Assembly: GCA_038141425.1 (NCBI GenBank)
Contig: JAYQIC010000001.1
Coordinates: 348,940 to 412,939, forward strand
DNA: 64,000 nt
DNA from: Rhodospirillaceae bacterium
GTDB lineage: Bacteria; Pseudomonadota; Alphaproteobacteria; UBA7985
Direction of reading: 5' to 3'
Shown here: positions 1 through 15,727 of the stretch, piece by piece
Layout of the letters: every line of letters begins with the position of its first letter
Position numbering within the stretch: position 1 is the stretch's first letter
Notes under the pieces: generated by a model
What the model was told of the DNA's origin: nothing
Seen by the model: the letters and a program-made list of their open reading frames with translations, nothing else
The model's database searches: none
Position numbers and translations under genes: made by a program

Positions 1-1434
1 GTGATGCACGCATCAGAGCGCCACCAGGAAACTGCCTTCGTCATCAACGTCATGCTCCCCCGCGAGCGTGGCGCCTCGGCTGCGCGCGCGATTGGGCGCA
101 CGGCCGAGGACAAACTTGAGGAGGCTGTGTCGCTGACCGGCGCCATCGGGCTGGAGGTGACGGCGGCGACTACGGTCAATCTCGCCAGCATTCGTCCCTC
201 AACCCTGATCGGTACCGGGGTGCTGGCACAGTGGCGCGAGCGCATCGATGCCGAACACCCCGACGTCATCATCTTCAACGCCACGCTGACACCCGTGCAG
301 CACCGCAACCTTGAACGCGAGCTAAAGGCGAAGGTGCTGGACCGGACAGCCTTGATCCTCGAGATTTTCGGCGAGCGCGCGCAGACCCGCGAAGGTCGGC
401 TGCAGGTTGAACTGGCAGCGCTGACCTTCCAACGCTCCCGGCTTGTGCGGTCCTGGACCCACCTCGAGCGACAGCGCGGCGGGGCGGGCTTCATGGGCGG
501 CCCGGGTGAATCCCAGCTCGAACTCGACCGCCGGATGCTGCTGGAGCGGATCGATAAGCTCAAGCGTGACCTGCAGGACGTCAGGCGGACCCGGGGCCTG
601 CACCGCTCGGCAAGGGCGCGGCAGGGCGCGCACGTGGTGGCGCTGGTGGGCTATACCAACGCGGGCAAGTCGACGCTGTTCAACGCGCTGACCGGGGCGG
701 ATATCCTCGCCAAGGACATGCTGTTCGCGACCCTCGACCCGACACTCAGGCGGTTGCGGCTGGAGAGTGGGCGCGAGCTGGTGCTGGCGGATACGGTGGG
801 CTTCATCTCCGACCTGCCGCACGAGCTGGTCGATGCCTTCCGCGCGACGCTGGAAGAGGTGATCGAAGCCGACCTGATCCTGCACGTGCGCGACGCCTCT
901 AACCCGGAATGGGAGGCGCAGAAACGCGACGTGCTCGACGTGCTGCGCTCGCTGGGGCGGATCGAACAGCCCGAGGCGCCCGACCGCCTGCCACCGCCGG
1001 TGACCGACCCGCCCCGCGACCCGGACCTCGACGAGCCGGTGGAGGAGAAGGCGGGCGGCGACACATTGGTCGATCTGGTGCCCATCATCGAGGTCTGGAA
1101 TAAGGTCGACCGCGAGGGTGCGGCGGCCATCATGGCCGAAGCCGAGCACGACCCGGACTTCGACCGCGCTTTTGCCGTTCTGCGGACCTCGGCCGTGGCT
1201 GGGACCGGGCTGGATGCCGTGCTGGAGACCGTCGATGCCGCGCTGTCGGACGGCGAGCAGGACGTTGAGCTGCTGATCCCCTACACCGCCGGCGCTGCGC
1301 TGGCTTGGTTGCACGAATTCAGCCATGTACTCAGCCACGAGCACGATGAAGACGGGACGCGGGCGATGGTCAGAATTTCGGACGATGACTGGGGCAAGCT
1401 GAAGAAGCGGTTTCCGGATATCTCGATGGCCTGA
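1..1434 (+). CDS. hflX: GTPase HflX (5' end at or just beyond the window edge)
   Basis: 477-aa ORF starting at base 1. HflX-type N-terminal domain followed by GTPase motifs GYTNAGKST (G1), DTVGF (G3) and NKVD (G4). A Pro/Asp/Glu-rich insertion (RIEQPEAPDRLPPPVTDPPRDPDLDEPVEE) precedes G4. Confidence 0.9.
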   Translation: MMHASERHQETAFVINVMLPRERGASAARAIGRTAEDKLEEAVSLTGAIGLEVTAATTVNLASIRPSTLIGTGVLAQWRERIDAEHPDVIIFNATLTPVQHRNLERELKAKVLDRTALILEIFGERAQTREGRLQVELAALTFQRSRLVRSWTHLERQRGGAGFMGGPGESQLELDRRMLLERIDKLKRDLQDVRRTRGLHRSARARQGAHVVALVGYTNAGKSTLFNALTGADILAKDMLFATLDPTLRRLRLESGRELVLADTVGFISDLPHELVDAFRATLEEVIEADLILHVRDASNPEWEAQKRDVLDVLRSLGRIEQPEAPDRLPPPVTDPPRDPDLDEPVEEKAGGDTLVDLVPIIEVWNKVDREGAAAIMAEAEHDPDFDRAFAVLRTSAVAGTGLDAVLETVDAALSDGEQDVELLIPYTAGAALAWLHEFSHVLSHEHDEDGTRAMVRISDDDWGKLKKRFPDISMA

Positions 1435-1504
1435 AGCCAAAGTTGCGGGCTCGATTTGACGCCGCTTCGCGGCTTACAAATCTCCCCGCGCAATAAAACG
1501 GACA

Positions 1505-1528
1505 GGCCGCGCTCCACGCGGCCGCTTT
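1505..1528 (+). terminator. Possible hflX terminator hairpin
   Basis: Perfect 7-bp stem GGCCGCG / CGCGGCC with 5-nt loop (ctcca), about 70 nt after the hflX stop, followed by GCTTT. The U-tract is weak. Confidence 0.35.
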
Positions 1529-1803
1529 GACGTCTCTAAAATATGGAGTTGCGCGACGCTTGGACCCGCCTCGCGAAGCGCGGTCGGGGACAAGTCGGCG
1601 CAACTTCTTTCTGTTGGCACTCAACACGCTACAATTTGAGTGTCGTGCAGCGAAGATCTCCCACACGCTCAAAGCCGAAGGCGTATTGAGCGTAAAGCGG
1701 GAAAACGCGCTCACAGCGAAGCGCGTCGAGCGCAAAGGAAAAGACTGTCCCGCCTGCATTACCGGCACGTGACATCGCCTGTTGCCTTGCCTAAACTCGG
1801 GCC

Positions 1804-2412
1804 ATGTTCATTCTGATCGATAACTACGACAGCTTCACCTACAACCTCGTGCACTTCCTCGGTGAGTTAGGCGCGGCGGTCGATGTTGTCCGCAACGACC
1901 AGATCACCCCGCTGGACGTGCTCGACCGGCGCCCCGAAGGCGTGATCCTCTCACCCGGCCCCTGCACGCCGGATGAAGCGGGCATCTGCCTCGACATGGT
2001 GGGTGCGGCTGCGCGCGCGCGCCTGCCGCTGCTGGGCGTGTGCCTGGGCCACCAGTCCATCGGGCAAGCGCTGGGCGGTCTCGTGGTGCGCGAGACCCCG
2101 CGACACGGTAAGCTCTCAGCGATCCGGCACGCAGGCAAAGGGCTGTTCAAGGGCCTGCCCGAGGCCGTACAGGCCACCCGCTACCACTCGCTGGTGGTCG
2201 AGCGCGCCTCCCTGCCCGAGCATTTCGAGGTCACTGCCGAGACCGAAGACGGCCTGATCATGGGCATGAACCACCGCGATCTGCCGATCCACGGCCTGCA
2301 GTTCCACCCGGAATCAATCGAAACCCAGTACGGCCACGCCATGCTGCGCAACTTCCTCGACAGCGCGCGGGCGGCCAACAACCAGATCAACTGGCCTGCC
2401 GCAGCGGCCTGA
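1804..2412 (+). CDS. trpG: Anthranilate synthase component II (glutamine amidotransferase, TrpG/PabA type)
   Basis: 202-aa ORF with class-I GATase motifs (GVCLGHQ nucleophile elbow, HPES). Lies directly upstream of trpD-trpC. Confidence 0.85.
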   Translation: MFILIDNYDSFTYNLVHFLGELGAAVDVVRNDQITPLDVLDRRPEGVILSPGPCTPDEAGICLDMVGAAARARLPLLGVCLGHQSIGQALGGLVVRETPRHGKLSAIRHAGKGLFKGLPEAVQATRYHSLVVERASLPEHFEVTAETEDGLIMGMNHRDLPIHGLQFHPESIETQYGHAMLRNFLDSARAANNQINWPAAAA

Positions 2413-2474
2413 CGTCTGCGACCGCACAGAGCCCCGGACGCCGAAAACCCACCCAGTTACCTCAGCCAACCCGC

Positions 2475-3521
2475 TTGCCCCAAGGAACCCCCGCCGTGCT
2501 GCCTTTCACCAGCCTGCTCAACCAGATCGCCGATGGCCAGGACCTCTCCGACGAACAGGCCGAGACCGCCGTGCGTGCCATGATGTCCGGCGACGTCTCG
2601 CCTGCGCTGGCCGGCGCCTTCCTCTGGGGCCTGAAGACCAAGGGCGAAGCGGTGAGCGAAATCGCAGGCGCTGCCCGGGCCATGCGCGGGCTGATGACCG
2701 ATGTCGCCGCGCCCGAGGGCGCCATCGACGTCTGCGGTACCGGCGGCGACAAGTCCGGCACCTACAACATTTCAACCGCCGTTTCTTTCGTGCTCGCCGG
2801 GTCCGGCGTCCCGGTGGCCAAGCACGGCAACCGCGCGGCCACATCCAAATCCGGTGCAGCCGACGTGCTCGCAGCCCTTGGCGTGAACCTCGAGGCTGAC
2901 TTCGCCCTGATCGAGCGGGCGATTGCGCAGGCCGGGGTCGGGTTCCTGTTTGCCCAGCGACACCACGGCGCGATCCGCCACGTCATGCCCGTGCGCAAGG
3001 AGCTTCAGATCCCGACGGTCTTCAACCTGCTCGGACCACTGACCAACCCCGGCGGGGCGAAAATGCAGCTGCTCGGCGTGTTTGCGCCGCAGTGGGTCGA
3101 GCCGCTGGCACGCGTGCTCAAGGAACTCGGCTCGGAGCGCGCCTGGGTGGTCTACGGCGCCAACAGCGACGGCTCGGGCCTGGATGAGATGACCACCTGC
3201 GGCGAGACGCGAGTGGCGGAACTCCGCGACGGCCGGATCAACACCTTCATCATTTCGCCCGAAGACGCGGGCCTGCAGCGCGCGCAGATCCAGGACCTGC
3301 GCGGGGGCGAGGCCGAAGAAAACGCCGCCGCCCTGCGCGCAGTGCTCGACGGCGCGGCTGGGCCTTACCGCGACATCGTGCTGCTCAACGCCGCCGGCGC
3401 TCTTTGCGTCGCCGGCAAGGCCGAAGACATCCGCGCCGGCGTCGCCCTGGCCCAGGACGCCATCGACAGCGGTAAGGCCCGCGCCGCGCTGGATCAACTG
3501 GTGGAGATCACCAATGGCTGA
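2475..3521 (+). CDS. trpD: Anthranilate phosphoribosyltransferase
   Basis: 348-aa ORF (TTG start in the ORF track). Motifs [17 protein letters not shown] and [19 protein letters not shown]. Confidence 0.9.
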   Translation: MPQGTPAVLPFTSLLNQIADGQDLSDEQAETAVRAMMSGDVSPALAGAFLWGLKTKGEAVSEIAGAARAMRGLMTDVAAPEGAIDVCGTGGDKSGTYNISTAVSFVLAGSGVPVAKHGNRAATSKSGAADVLAALGVNLEADFALIERAIAQAGVGFLFAQRHHGAIRHVMPVRKELQIPTVFNLLGPLTNPGGAKMQLLGVFAPQWVEPLARVLKELGSERAWVVYGANSDGSGLDEMTTCGETRVAELRDGRINTFIISPEDAGLQRAQIQDLRGGEAEENAAALRAVLDGAAGPYRDIVLLNAAGALCVAGKAEDIRAGVALAQDAIDSGKARAALDQLVEITNG

Positions 3522-4386
3522 CGACGTCCTCGAACGCATCTGCGCAGACAAGCGCGACTGGATCGCCGGCCGCAGGGCCGAGACCAGCCAAGCCGACATC
3601 GACGCAGCCGCGCGCGCAGCCGATGCGCCCCGGGGCTTCGCCGACGCGCTTCGCACCGCCCACAGCGACGGCCGCCACGCGCTGATCGCGGAAATCAAGA
3701 AAGCCAGCCCGTCCAAGGGCCTGATCCGCGCCGACTTCGACCCGGCCACGCTGGCCCGCGCCTATCAAGCGGGCGGGGCCAGCTGCCTGTCAGTGCTGAC
3801 CGACGTGCCGTATTTCCAAGGCGATGACGCCTTCCTGGGGCAGGCGAGGTCCGCCGTGGACCTGCCCTGCCTGCGCAAGGACTTCATGCTCGACCCCCAC
3901 CAGGTCGCCGAGGCCCGGGCGCTGGGCGCCGACTGCATTCTGGTGATCATGGCCTGCCTCGATGATAGCCGAGCCGCAGAGCTCGAGGCTGCAGCCTTCG
4001 ATTGGGGCATGGACGTGCTGGTCGAGGTCCACGACGCCGAAGAGCTCGAGCGCGCCCACCGGCTTCGCTCCCCGCTGCTAGGCATCAACAACCGCAACCT
4101 GAAAACGCTGGAAATCTCGCTCGACGTGGGCGAAGGCCTCGCCAGCCGGGTCGACCCCGACCGCCTGCTGGTCGCGGAGAGCGGGCTCTACAGCCACGCT
4201 GACCTCGAGCGCATGGCCCGCGCCGGTGCCCGGGCCTTCCTGATCGGTGAGAGCCTGATGCGCCAGGACGACGTGACCGCCGCCACGCGGGCCATTCTCG
4301 GGCTTGACGCCACCCCGGAAGCCACCCCAGACGCCTCCGTCGCGACAGACGCAACAGACACGACAAACCGGGCAGCAGCGCAATGA
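3514..4386 (+). CDS. trpC: Indole-3-glycerol phosphate synthase
   Basis: 290-aa ORF with an 8-nt overlap on the trpD stop. Motifs [13 protein letters not shown] and [12 protein letters not shown]. About 30 aa of Thr/Ala/Asp-rich C-terminal tail. Confidence 0.9.
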   Translation: MADDVLERICADKRDWIAGRRAETSQADIDAAARAADAPRGFADALRTAHSDGRHALIAEIKKASPSKGLIRADFDPATLARAYQAGGASCLSVLTDVPYFQGDDAFLGQARSAVDLPCLRKDFMLDPHQVAEARALGADCILVIMACLDDSRAAELEAAAFDWGMDVLVEVHDAEELERAHRLRSPLLGINNRNLKTLEISLDVGEGLASRVDPDRLLVAESGLYSHADLERMARAGARAFLIGESLMRQDDVTAATRAILGLDATPEATPDASVATDATDTTNRAAAQ

Positions 4387-4886
4387 GCAGCGGCTTCAGC
4401 CACTTCGACGACAGCGGCAACGCCGTCATGGTCGACGTGAGCGACACGCCCGAGACCCGACGCGAAGCCGTGGCCGAAGGCCGCGTGCTGTGCAACGCCG
4501 AAACCCTCGGCCTGATCCGACAGGGCGGGGTCAAAAAGGGCGACGTGCGCTCTGTGGCCCGGCTCGCGGGCATCATGGGCGCCAAGCAGACCGCCGCGCT
4601 GATCCCGCTGTGCCACCCCCTGCCGCTCTCGGCCGTCTCGCTCGATCTCAGCCTCGACGAAGCAGCCAGCGCCGTTCGTATCCGCGCGACCTGCCGCACC
4701 GATGGCAAGACCGGTGTCGAGATGGAGGCGCTGACGGCGGTATCCGTCGCTGCGCTCACCGTCTACGACATGATCAAGGCGGTGCAGAAGGACGCCGTGA
4801 TCGATGGCATCCGGCTGCTTGAAAAGACCGGCGGTAAGTCCGGTGAATACAGGGCTGCAGAACCCGCGTCAGCCACAGACCCCTGA
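4383..4886 (+). CDS. moaC: Cyclic pyranopterin monophosphate synthase MoaC
   Basis: 167-aa ORF with ATGA overlap on the trpC stop. Motifs [13 protein letters not shown] and GVEMEALTA. Confidence 0.9.
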   Translation: MSSGFSHFDDSGNAVMVDVSDTPETRREAVAEGRVLCNAETLGLIRQGGVKKGDVRSVARLAGIMGAKQTAALIPLCHPLPLSAVSLDLSLDEAASAVRIRATCRTDGKTGVEMEALTAVSVAALTVYDMIKAVQKDAVIDGIRLLEKTGGKSGEYRAAEPASATDP

Positions 4887-4896
4887 GCCCCCGGCT

Positions 4897-6101
4897 ATGA
4901 AGGACTTCGACACCGCGCTGGCTGAAATCCTCGCCGAAATTCCCGGCCCGCTGCCCAGCGAGGACCTGGGCCTGAACAGCGCTGCCGATCAAATCCTCGG
5001 CCGCGTGCTGTCCTCTGACATTCACGCCCGTCGCACCCACCCGCCGCTGGCCATGTCGGCCATGGACGGCTACGCGGTGCGCGCCAGCGACCTGCCCGGC
5101 GACCTCCGGGTCGAACGCGAGATCGCCGCAGGCCAGCATGATCAGCGCCCGCTGGCGGCGGGCGAGGCCGTGCGCATTTTCACCGGCGCCCCCTGCCGCC
5201 CGGGGCTGACACCATCGCCATTCAGGAGAACGCCATCGACACCCCCGGCGGGGTCCGCTTCGAGCAGGCCGAGACCGAGGGCCGCTTCGTCCGACCAGCA
5301 GGCCTCGACTTTTCAGAAGGCGACCGCCTCGCGTCCGCCGGTGAGGCCGTCTCTCCCCGTCTGCTGGCCCTGATCGCGCCGGGCAACAACCCGGCCGTCT
5401 CCGTCGTCCGACGCCCGCGCGTCGCGGTGCTGACCACGGGCGACGAAATCCGGGCACCGGGTGAACCGCTGGGGCCTGCGCAGATCGTCAGCTCCAACAA
5501 CCTTGCCGTCGCCGCCATGGCCCGGGCCTGCGGGGCGGAGGCCACAGACTTCGGCAGTGTCGGCGACAGCCTGCCAGCGCTGGAAGCTGCCGCAGAACGG
5601 TTGCAGGGCTTCGACATTGTGGTGACCACCGGCGGTGCGTCGGTGGGAAAGCACGATCTGGTCGCGCGCGCCTTCGAAGCGCAAGGGCTGGATCTGGCAT
5701 TCTGGAAGATCGCGATGCGACCGGGCAAACCGCTGATCTTCGGCCGCTTCGGCGGCGGCCTGTTCCTCGGGCTGCCGGGCAACCCGGTCTCGGCGCTGAT
5801 CCTCAGCCTGCTGATCCTGCGGCCCATGGTGGCGAAAATGCTGGGCCAACCGACGGATCTGCCCCGCCAGACCGCCACCATCGCCCACGATCTGCCAGCC
5901 AACGACCTGCGCCGGGACTTCATCCGCGCCCGTCGCCTGCCTGATGGGACCATCGACGCCCGGCAACGGCAGGACTCGTCCATGCTGTCCGTACTCGCGG
6001 CCGCTGACGTCATCATCGACCGGCCTGCCCACGACCCGATAATCAAGGCCGGTTCATCGGTGCAGATTATCGATCTCCGACAGCTCGACACCCTGTTCTG
6101 A
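4897..6101 (+). CDS. moeA: Molybdopterin molybdenumtransferase MoeA, interrupted by one frameshift as sequenced
   Basis: ORF pieces 4804..5373 (frame 1, real ATG at 4897 = MKDFDTALAEIL) and 5427..6101 (frame 3) together give a full MoeA: SAMDGYAV, GEAVRIFTGAP|LPPGADTIAIQEN, VVTTGGASVGKHD, GLPGNPVSA. The frames join at the C5 run 5189-5193, which is one C short. Confidence 0.85.
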
Positions 6102-6164
6102 CCCCCCATTCAGTCACGCCACTCGCCAAGACCCTCATCAGGCTTTGTGCTTGACTTGTTCTTG

Positions 6165-6179
6165 GAACTTTTTTAGAAC
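6165..6179 (+). promoter_or_regulatory. Alphaproteobacterial SOS box (LexA operator) GAAC-N7-GAAC
   Basis: GAACttttttaGAAC lies about 100 nt upstream of the lexA ATG. An extra GTTC at 6158-6161 abuts it. The motif is the published Rhizobium/Rhodobacter-type LexA box. Confidence 0.7.
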
Positions 6180-6277
6180 ATTTGTGGTTTTTATCCGATT
6201 GTACCCTTGGTGTTCGCAGTAAATGCGCCACAGGTACAGGGCAACAGGCTGCAAAGCCTGAACAGGGGGAGGCGCGC

Positions 6278-7123
6278 ATGCTCACAGAAAAGCAACGCAC
6301 GCTGCTGGTTTTCATCCATGACTGCCTGAATGAGCGTGGGGTTTCACCGTCCTTCGATGAAATGAAGGACGCGCTCAGTCTCAAGTCGAAATCGGGCATC
6401 CATCGCCTGATTACAGCACTCGAGGAGCGCGGGTTTCTGAAGCGACTGCCCCACCGGGCACGCGCGCTGGAAGTAACCCGCCTGCCCGATGATATGCAGA
6501 CCCAGCAACCCATTGCCAACCGAAGGTTCGCCGCGCTATCCCGGGAGAATGACGGGCTGTCGGCGGATGGTCTGCGCCCGGCCCCACCGTGGCTGGAGAG
6601 CGTGACCGCAGGGCGGGCGCCCGCACCAGATGACTTCGAGGGCAACAGGGGACTGGACGACCAGGCCCTTGCCAACGCAGGGCCGAACGTGGTGCGCGCC
6701 GATTTCGGGCGTGCGCGCGAAATGGCCGTGGCTCAGGGCCGGGAAGTCTCCCTGCCCCTTTATGGCAAAATCGCCGCCGGCATGCCGATCGAGGCGCTGG
6801 CCAACGAAAGTGAATATCTCGACGTGCCGACCACGCTGCTCGGCAACGGCCAGTACTACGCGCTGCAGGTCGAGGGCGATTCCATGATCGAAGCCGGCAT
6901 CCACGATGGCGACTACGTTATCATCGAGCGCGGCGACACCGCCCACAACGGCGATATCGTGGTCGCACTGGTGGACAACTACGAGGTGACCCTCAAGCGC
7001 CTGAGAAAGCGCTCGGGCACGGTCGCGCTCGAGCCCGCCAACACCCGCTACGAAACCCGCATTTTCGGCCCCGACCGGGTCAAGGTGCAGGGGCGGCTTG
7101 CCGGGCTGGTCCGCCGCTACTGA
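6278..7123 (+). CDS. lexA: LexA repressor
   Basis: ATG 6278 is preceded by GGGGGAGG. N-terminal winged helix ([12 protein letters not shown]...[13 protein letters not shown]). C-terminal S24 peptidase with the AAG cleavage region ([10 protein letters not shown]), GDSM and VTLKRL. The linker between the domains is unusually long (about 80 aa). Confidence 0.9.
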   Translation: MLTEKQRTLLVFIHDCLNERGVSPSFDEMKDALSLKSKSGIHRLITALEERGFLKRLPHRARALEVTRLPDDMQTQQPIANRRFAALSRENDGLSADGLRPAPPWLESVTAGRAPAPDDFEGNRGLDDQALANAGPNVVRADFGRAREMAVAQGREVSLPLYGKIAAGMPIEALANESEYLDVPTTLLGNGQYYALQVEGDSMIEAGIHDGDYVIIERGDTAHNGDIVVALVDNYEVTLKRLRKRSGTVALEPANTRYETRIFGPDRVKVQGRLAGLVRRY

Positions 7124-7206
7124 CGGCGGTTGCGCAGCTCGCGCCTGCGGGCAAGCTCACCCTGTATCGCTGACAGACTTTGCTGATCGAAGGCGTGGTT
7201 GTGAGT

Positions 7207-10839
<3,633 letters not shown>

Positions 10840-11127
10840 AGGGTGCACAATGCGTGGTGCAAAATGTGACACAAAAATGGCTCAGCGCGTTTGCCTTTTG
10901 TCGTAATTGACCGTAATAGAGGCGCAAGTCTGACAAAAATACAGGAAGCCGCGCCCGATCGCGACCAGAATGAGACGAGCCGGAAGACCTGATTTTCATG
11001 ACCAGGAGCGCCTTTGACCCCGCGCCGAAGCCCCGCAGGCTCAAGCCCCTGTGCGGCGTGCAACAGGGGACTGCCGCGCCAGGCGTGATCGGCACTCTGC
11101 CCGGACGAAAACGAGGAAACCGAGCCC

Positions 11128-12426
11128 ATGACCGACGCGTCGAACAAGACCTTTACGCTGACCAACGACCAGACCGGCGAGCGCGTGGTTCTGCCCGTGC
11201 TCGACGGCGTGGACGGCCCGTCAGTGATCGACGTGCGCAAGCTCTACGCCCAGACGGGGCACTTCACCTACGACCCCGGTTTTCGCGCCACAGGCTCCTG
11301 TGACTCGGCCCTGACCTACATCGATGGTGAGCAGGGCATCCTGCTCCACCGGGGCTACGCGATCGAAGAGCTGGCCAACAAGTCCGACTACATGGAAGTC
11401 TGCTACCTGCTGCTCCACGGCAGTCTTCCGTCCGCAGCGGCCAAGGCCGAGTTCGAACACACCATCACCCACCACACCATGGTCCATGACCAGATCCACA
11501 ACTTCTTCCGTGGCTTCCGGCGCGACGCCCACCCGATGGCGATCATGTGTGGCGTAGTCGGTGCACTTTCGGCCTTCTACCACGACCACACCGACGTCAA
11601 TTTGGCCGAAGACCGGCTGATCTCCGCACACCGGCTGATTGCCAAGATCCCGACCATCGCAGCCATGGCGTACAAGTACTCCATCGGCCAGCCATTCATG
11701 TTCCCGCGCAACGACCTGAGCTACGCGGCGAACTTCCTGCACATGACCTTCGGCGTGCCGGCGGCGACCTATGAGCCCGACCCAGTGCTTTCCCGTGCCA
11801 TGGACAAGATTTTCATCCTGCACGCGGATCACGAGCAGAACGCATCGACCTCGACCGTGCGCATCGCCGGCTCATCCGGCGCTAACCCCTACGCCGTGAT
11901 CGCGGCCGGTATTGCCTCGCTCTGGGGCCCGGCGCACGGCGGCGCCAACGAGGCCGTGCTGACCATGCTCGACCAGATCGGCGACAAGTCGCGGATCCCG
12001 GAATTTGTCAAAAAGGCCAAGGATCCGGACGATCCTTTCCGACTGATGGGCTTCGGCCACCGGGTCTACAAGAACTTCGACCCACGCGCGAAGATCATGA
12101 AGGAGGCCGCCGACGAGGTTCTGGACCTGCTCGGCCTGTCCGACCCGCGCCTGGAGCTGGCCCGCGAGCTGGAGCGCATTGCGCTGGAGGATGACTATTT
12201 TGTGCAGCGTAAGCTGTACCCGAACGTCGACTTCTATTCGGGCATTATCCTCAAGGCCATGGGCTTCCCGACCGAGATGTTTACGGTGCTGTTTGCGCTG
12301 GCCCGGACGGTGGGCTGGATCAGCCAGTGGAAGGAAATGATGGAAAACCCCGATGGGATCTTCCGTCCGCGCCAGCTTTACACCGGTGAAGCCCAGCGCC
12401 CTTATGTCAGCCTTGATCAACGCTAA
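11128..12426 (+). CDS. gltA: Citrate synthase (type II)
   Basis: Intact 432-aa ORF with motifs [14 protein letters not shown] and [14 protein letters not shown]. Confidence 0.95.
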   Translation: MTDASNKTFTLTNDQTGERVVLPVLDGVDGPSVIDVRKLYAQTGHFTYDPGFRATGSCDSALTYIDGEQGILLHRGYAIEELANKSDYMEVCYLLLHGSLPSAAAKAEFEHTITHHTMVHDQIHNFFRGFRRDAHPMAIMCGVVGALSAFYHDHTDVNLAEDRLISAHRLIAKIPTIAAMAYKYSIGQPFMFPRNDLSYAANFLHMTFGVPAATYEPDPVLSRAMDKIFILHADHEQNASTSTVRIAGSSGANPYAVIAAGIASLWGPAHGGANEAVLTMLDQIGDKSRIPEFVKKAKDPDDPFRLMGFGHRVYKNFDPRAKIMKEAADEVLDLLGLSDPRLELARELERIALEDDYFVQRKLYPNVDFYSGIILKAMGFPTEMFTVLFALARTVGWISQWKEMMENPDGIFRPRQLYTGEAQRPYVSLDQR

Positions 12427-12453
12427 ACAGCGACTTAAGCGCGTTTAATTTTT
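12425..12453 (+). terminator. Possible gltA terminator
   Basis: AAAC(A)GCG / CGCGTTT stem (7 bp with one bulge) and 7-nt loop, followed by AATTTTTCATTTTT. Overlaps the gltA stop codon. Confidence 0.3.
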
Positions 12454-12498
12454 CATTTTTACAACTGAAATGTTAAGCAAAGCATTTCCTATACATTT

Positions 12499-12524
12499 TG
12501 TAACTTGTAAATTTACGCTTTACA
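12499..12524. promoter_or_regulatory. Imperfect 26-bp palindrome at the higB start (candidate HigA operator)
   Basis: TGTAActtGTAAA|TTTACgctTTACA: 10 of 13 positions pair, and the core GTAAATTTAC (12507-12516) is a perfect palindrome. It sits in an AT-rich stretch and ends on the A of the higB ATG. Confidence 0.4.
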
Positions 12525-12802
12525 TGCCAATTATCTCTTTCCGTCACGCGGGGCTGGAAGATTTCTATGTCCATAATCGGGCCTCGGGGATCAGGCCAGA
12601 ACACCGGAAACGCCTCGCCCGGCAGCTCTACGTGCTCGACCGCATGATGGCGCTGACCGACATTCCGCGCAGCTGGAACCTGCATCGGTTGCTCGGGCAG
12701 GCCAAAGGACGTTGGTCGATAAGCGTGAACAAGAACTGGCGTCTGACCTTTGAATGGCAGCAAGGCAACGTCTCGGTCCTCGACTACGAGGACTATCATT
12801 GA
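12524..12802 (+). CDS. higB: HigB toxin (RelE/ParE superfamily mRNA interferase)
   Basis: 92 aa from ATG 12524 (MPIISFRHAGLEDFYVHNRASGIRPEHRKRL...RWSISVNKNWRLTFEW...V.VLDYEDYH), the typical 'plasmid maintenance system killer' sequence. The toxin-first gene order is characteristic of higBA. GC is lower than in the flanks. Confidence 0.8.
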   Translation: MPIISFRHAGLEDFYVHNRASGIRPEHRKRLARQLYVLDRMMALTDIPRSWNLHRLLGQAKGRWSISVNKNWRLTFEWQQGNVSVLDYEDYH

Positions 12803-12812
12803 GGATGGACCC

Positions 12813-13208
12813 ATGTCGAAATTCATTGATCCAGCGCGCCGCGAGAGCGCGCCCTCTGATCCGGGTGCGCCGGGACAGAAGCAGCCGCAGTTGCCGCAGC
12901 GACATCCGGACTTCCCTGTGCCCCACCCCGGCGATTTCCTGCGCGAAGAAGTCATGAGGCCCGAAGAACTGTCCGTGGCTGAACTTGCCGCCAAGCTCGG
13001 GGTCGAGCGCCAGACCCTCAACAATCTGGTGAAGGCCGAAAATCCCTCTTCGATCTCGCCGAATATGGCTCGGCGGCTGCAGCTGTGTACCGGGATCAGT
13101 GCGACACTGTGGTTGGGAATGCAGGCCGATTTCGACCTTTGGAAGGAACGAGAGCGTCGCCCGGATGCCGACCTCGGCGTAAAGCCGCTTGCGTCCACGC
13201 GGGCCTGA
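12813..13208 (+). CDS. higA: HigA antitoxin (XRE-type HTH)
   Basis: ATG 12813 lies 10 nt after the higB stop. HTH region SVAELAAKLGVERQTLNNLVKAENPSSISPNMARRL. Carries about 35 extra Pro-rich N-terminal residues compared with minimal HigA proteins. Confidence 0.8.
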   Translation: MSKFIDPARRESAPSDPGAPGQKQPQLPQRHPDFPVPHPGDFLREEVMRPEELSVAELAAKLGVERQTLNNLVKAENPSSISPNMARRLQLCTGISATLWLGMQADFDLWKERERRPDADLGVKPLASTRA

Positions 13209-13328
13209 CGCCACCAAAGCGCTCGACGCGTCGACCGATTTGTCCACCGGTTGTCCCCTTTGAATGCCGCAATAATCGGCTAAACTCTGCCTTATGAGTG
13301 AAATCAGGTAGCGTGAGACGAGGCACTT

Positions 13329-14186
13329 ATGGGGGCAAAACGACAGCGGGTCCGGCCTTGGTGGCGCCGGGCGATGTACGGCGTGGCGACGCTGCTGCTG
13401 GCGGCAGGCCTTGGCCCGCTGAGCCCAGCGCAGGCCCAGACCGCGGCAAACGCGGTGACGACCTTCAACGTCCATTCTTCGGCCGGAGTGCAGGCTGAGC
13501 CTGCGATCACCGTCATTCTGCGCGACGGTGACGGGCCAGAATACGAGGTGCGCCTACCAGAATTGCTGATCCAGATGGTGCGCGAAGCCAACCGAGGCAC
13601 CTTCGTGCTCATGCCCGCGCTGGGCCACGTGATCCTCGTCCCCATGCCCGAATTCGCCGTGCTGAGCCGCGACCTGCCGGTGCTGGCGGAGATCAACCGC
13701 GAGGATCATCGTGCGCTCGATATCATGCCGGCCGGGTCCACCGACGAGAACCGAAGCCGGGTCCACGGCCTGAGCGTCAAGCGGGTGCCAGCGGGCACCA
13801 CTGCCGAGGGCGACGCGCGCGCCAGCCTGAGCGGATTGCAGTCCGTGTGCGAGACCAACAGCTATGGCTATCAGTTCGAGCAACGCAAGGAGAGCGGGCG
13901 CGGCGTGCTGCTGACCCTTTGCGCCCAGCTGCTCCCCGGGGTGCCAGGCGCCATGAACGCCGATACCGGCGGCACGGTCGATATTTCACTGAGCTACGTG
14001 ATCGACGACGTTGCCATCCGGGTCTACAGCATCCACCGCCAGCCGCGCTGGAACCCGCAGGAAGTCACCGCGCCCATGTCCGAGGCCATGGTGCTGGAGG
14101 TGGTGCGGATGCTCGATCGCAGCATCATCTTCGAAGATATCGATGAATCCGCCCTGCGCGCGGCCTTCCTGATGGCGCAGAGCTAG
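13329..14186 (+). CDS. Hypothetical secreted protein
   Basis: 285-aa ORF with a signal-peptide-like N-terminus (MYGVATLLLAAGLGPLSPAQAQT). I recognise no family. GC3-rich codon usage supports it as coding. Confidence 0.5.
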   Translation: MGAKRQRVRPWWRRAMYGVATLLLAAGLGPLSPAQAQTAANAVTTFNVHSSAGVQAEPAITVILRDGDGPEYEVRLPELLIQMVREANRGTFVLMPALGHVILVPMPEFAVLSRDLPVLAEINREDHRALDIMPAGSTDENRSRVHGLSVKRVPAGTTAEGDARASLSGLQSVCETNSYGYQFEQRKESGRGVLLTLCAQLLPGVPGAMNADTGGTVDISLSYVIDDVAIRVYSIHRQPRWNPQEVTAPMSEAMVLEVVRMLDRSIIFEDIDESALRAAFLMAQS

Positions 14187-14221
14187 CGACAAACAGGCCA
14201 AGGCGCTGTCGTCGGGACACG

Positions 14222-14256
14222 AAAAAAGGGGGCGACGCAGGCCCCCTTCTTCGTTT
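14222..14256. terminator. Bidirectional rho-independent terminator
   Basis: AAGGGGGC-gacgcag-GCCCCCTT (8-bp stem, 7-nt loop) flanked by an A-run upstream and T-rich sequence downstream. Lies between convergent genes. Confidence 0.6.
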
Positions 14257-14294
14257 GCTTATGTCTGAACAGTCGGCGAGATCGATCCGGCCGA

Positions 14295-15662
<1,368 letters not shown>

Positions 15663-15727
15663 CGGACATCTCCAAGGTTTGGGGTGGTTCAAGGTGGCGG
15701 TGATAGAAACGCTCACAGCCTGAGAAA

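Noticed and set aside
1527-1772. 81-aa ORF as a trp leader peptide or small protein.
   Set aside because: It has no tandem Trp codons, no Shine-Dalgarno, poor codon bias and a basic low-complexity sequence.
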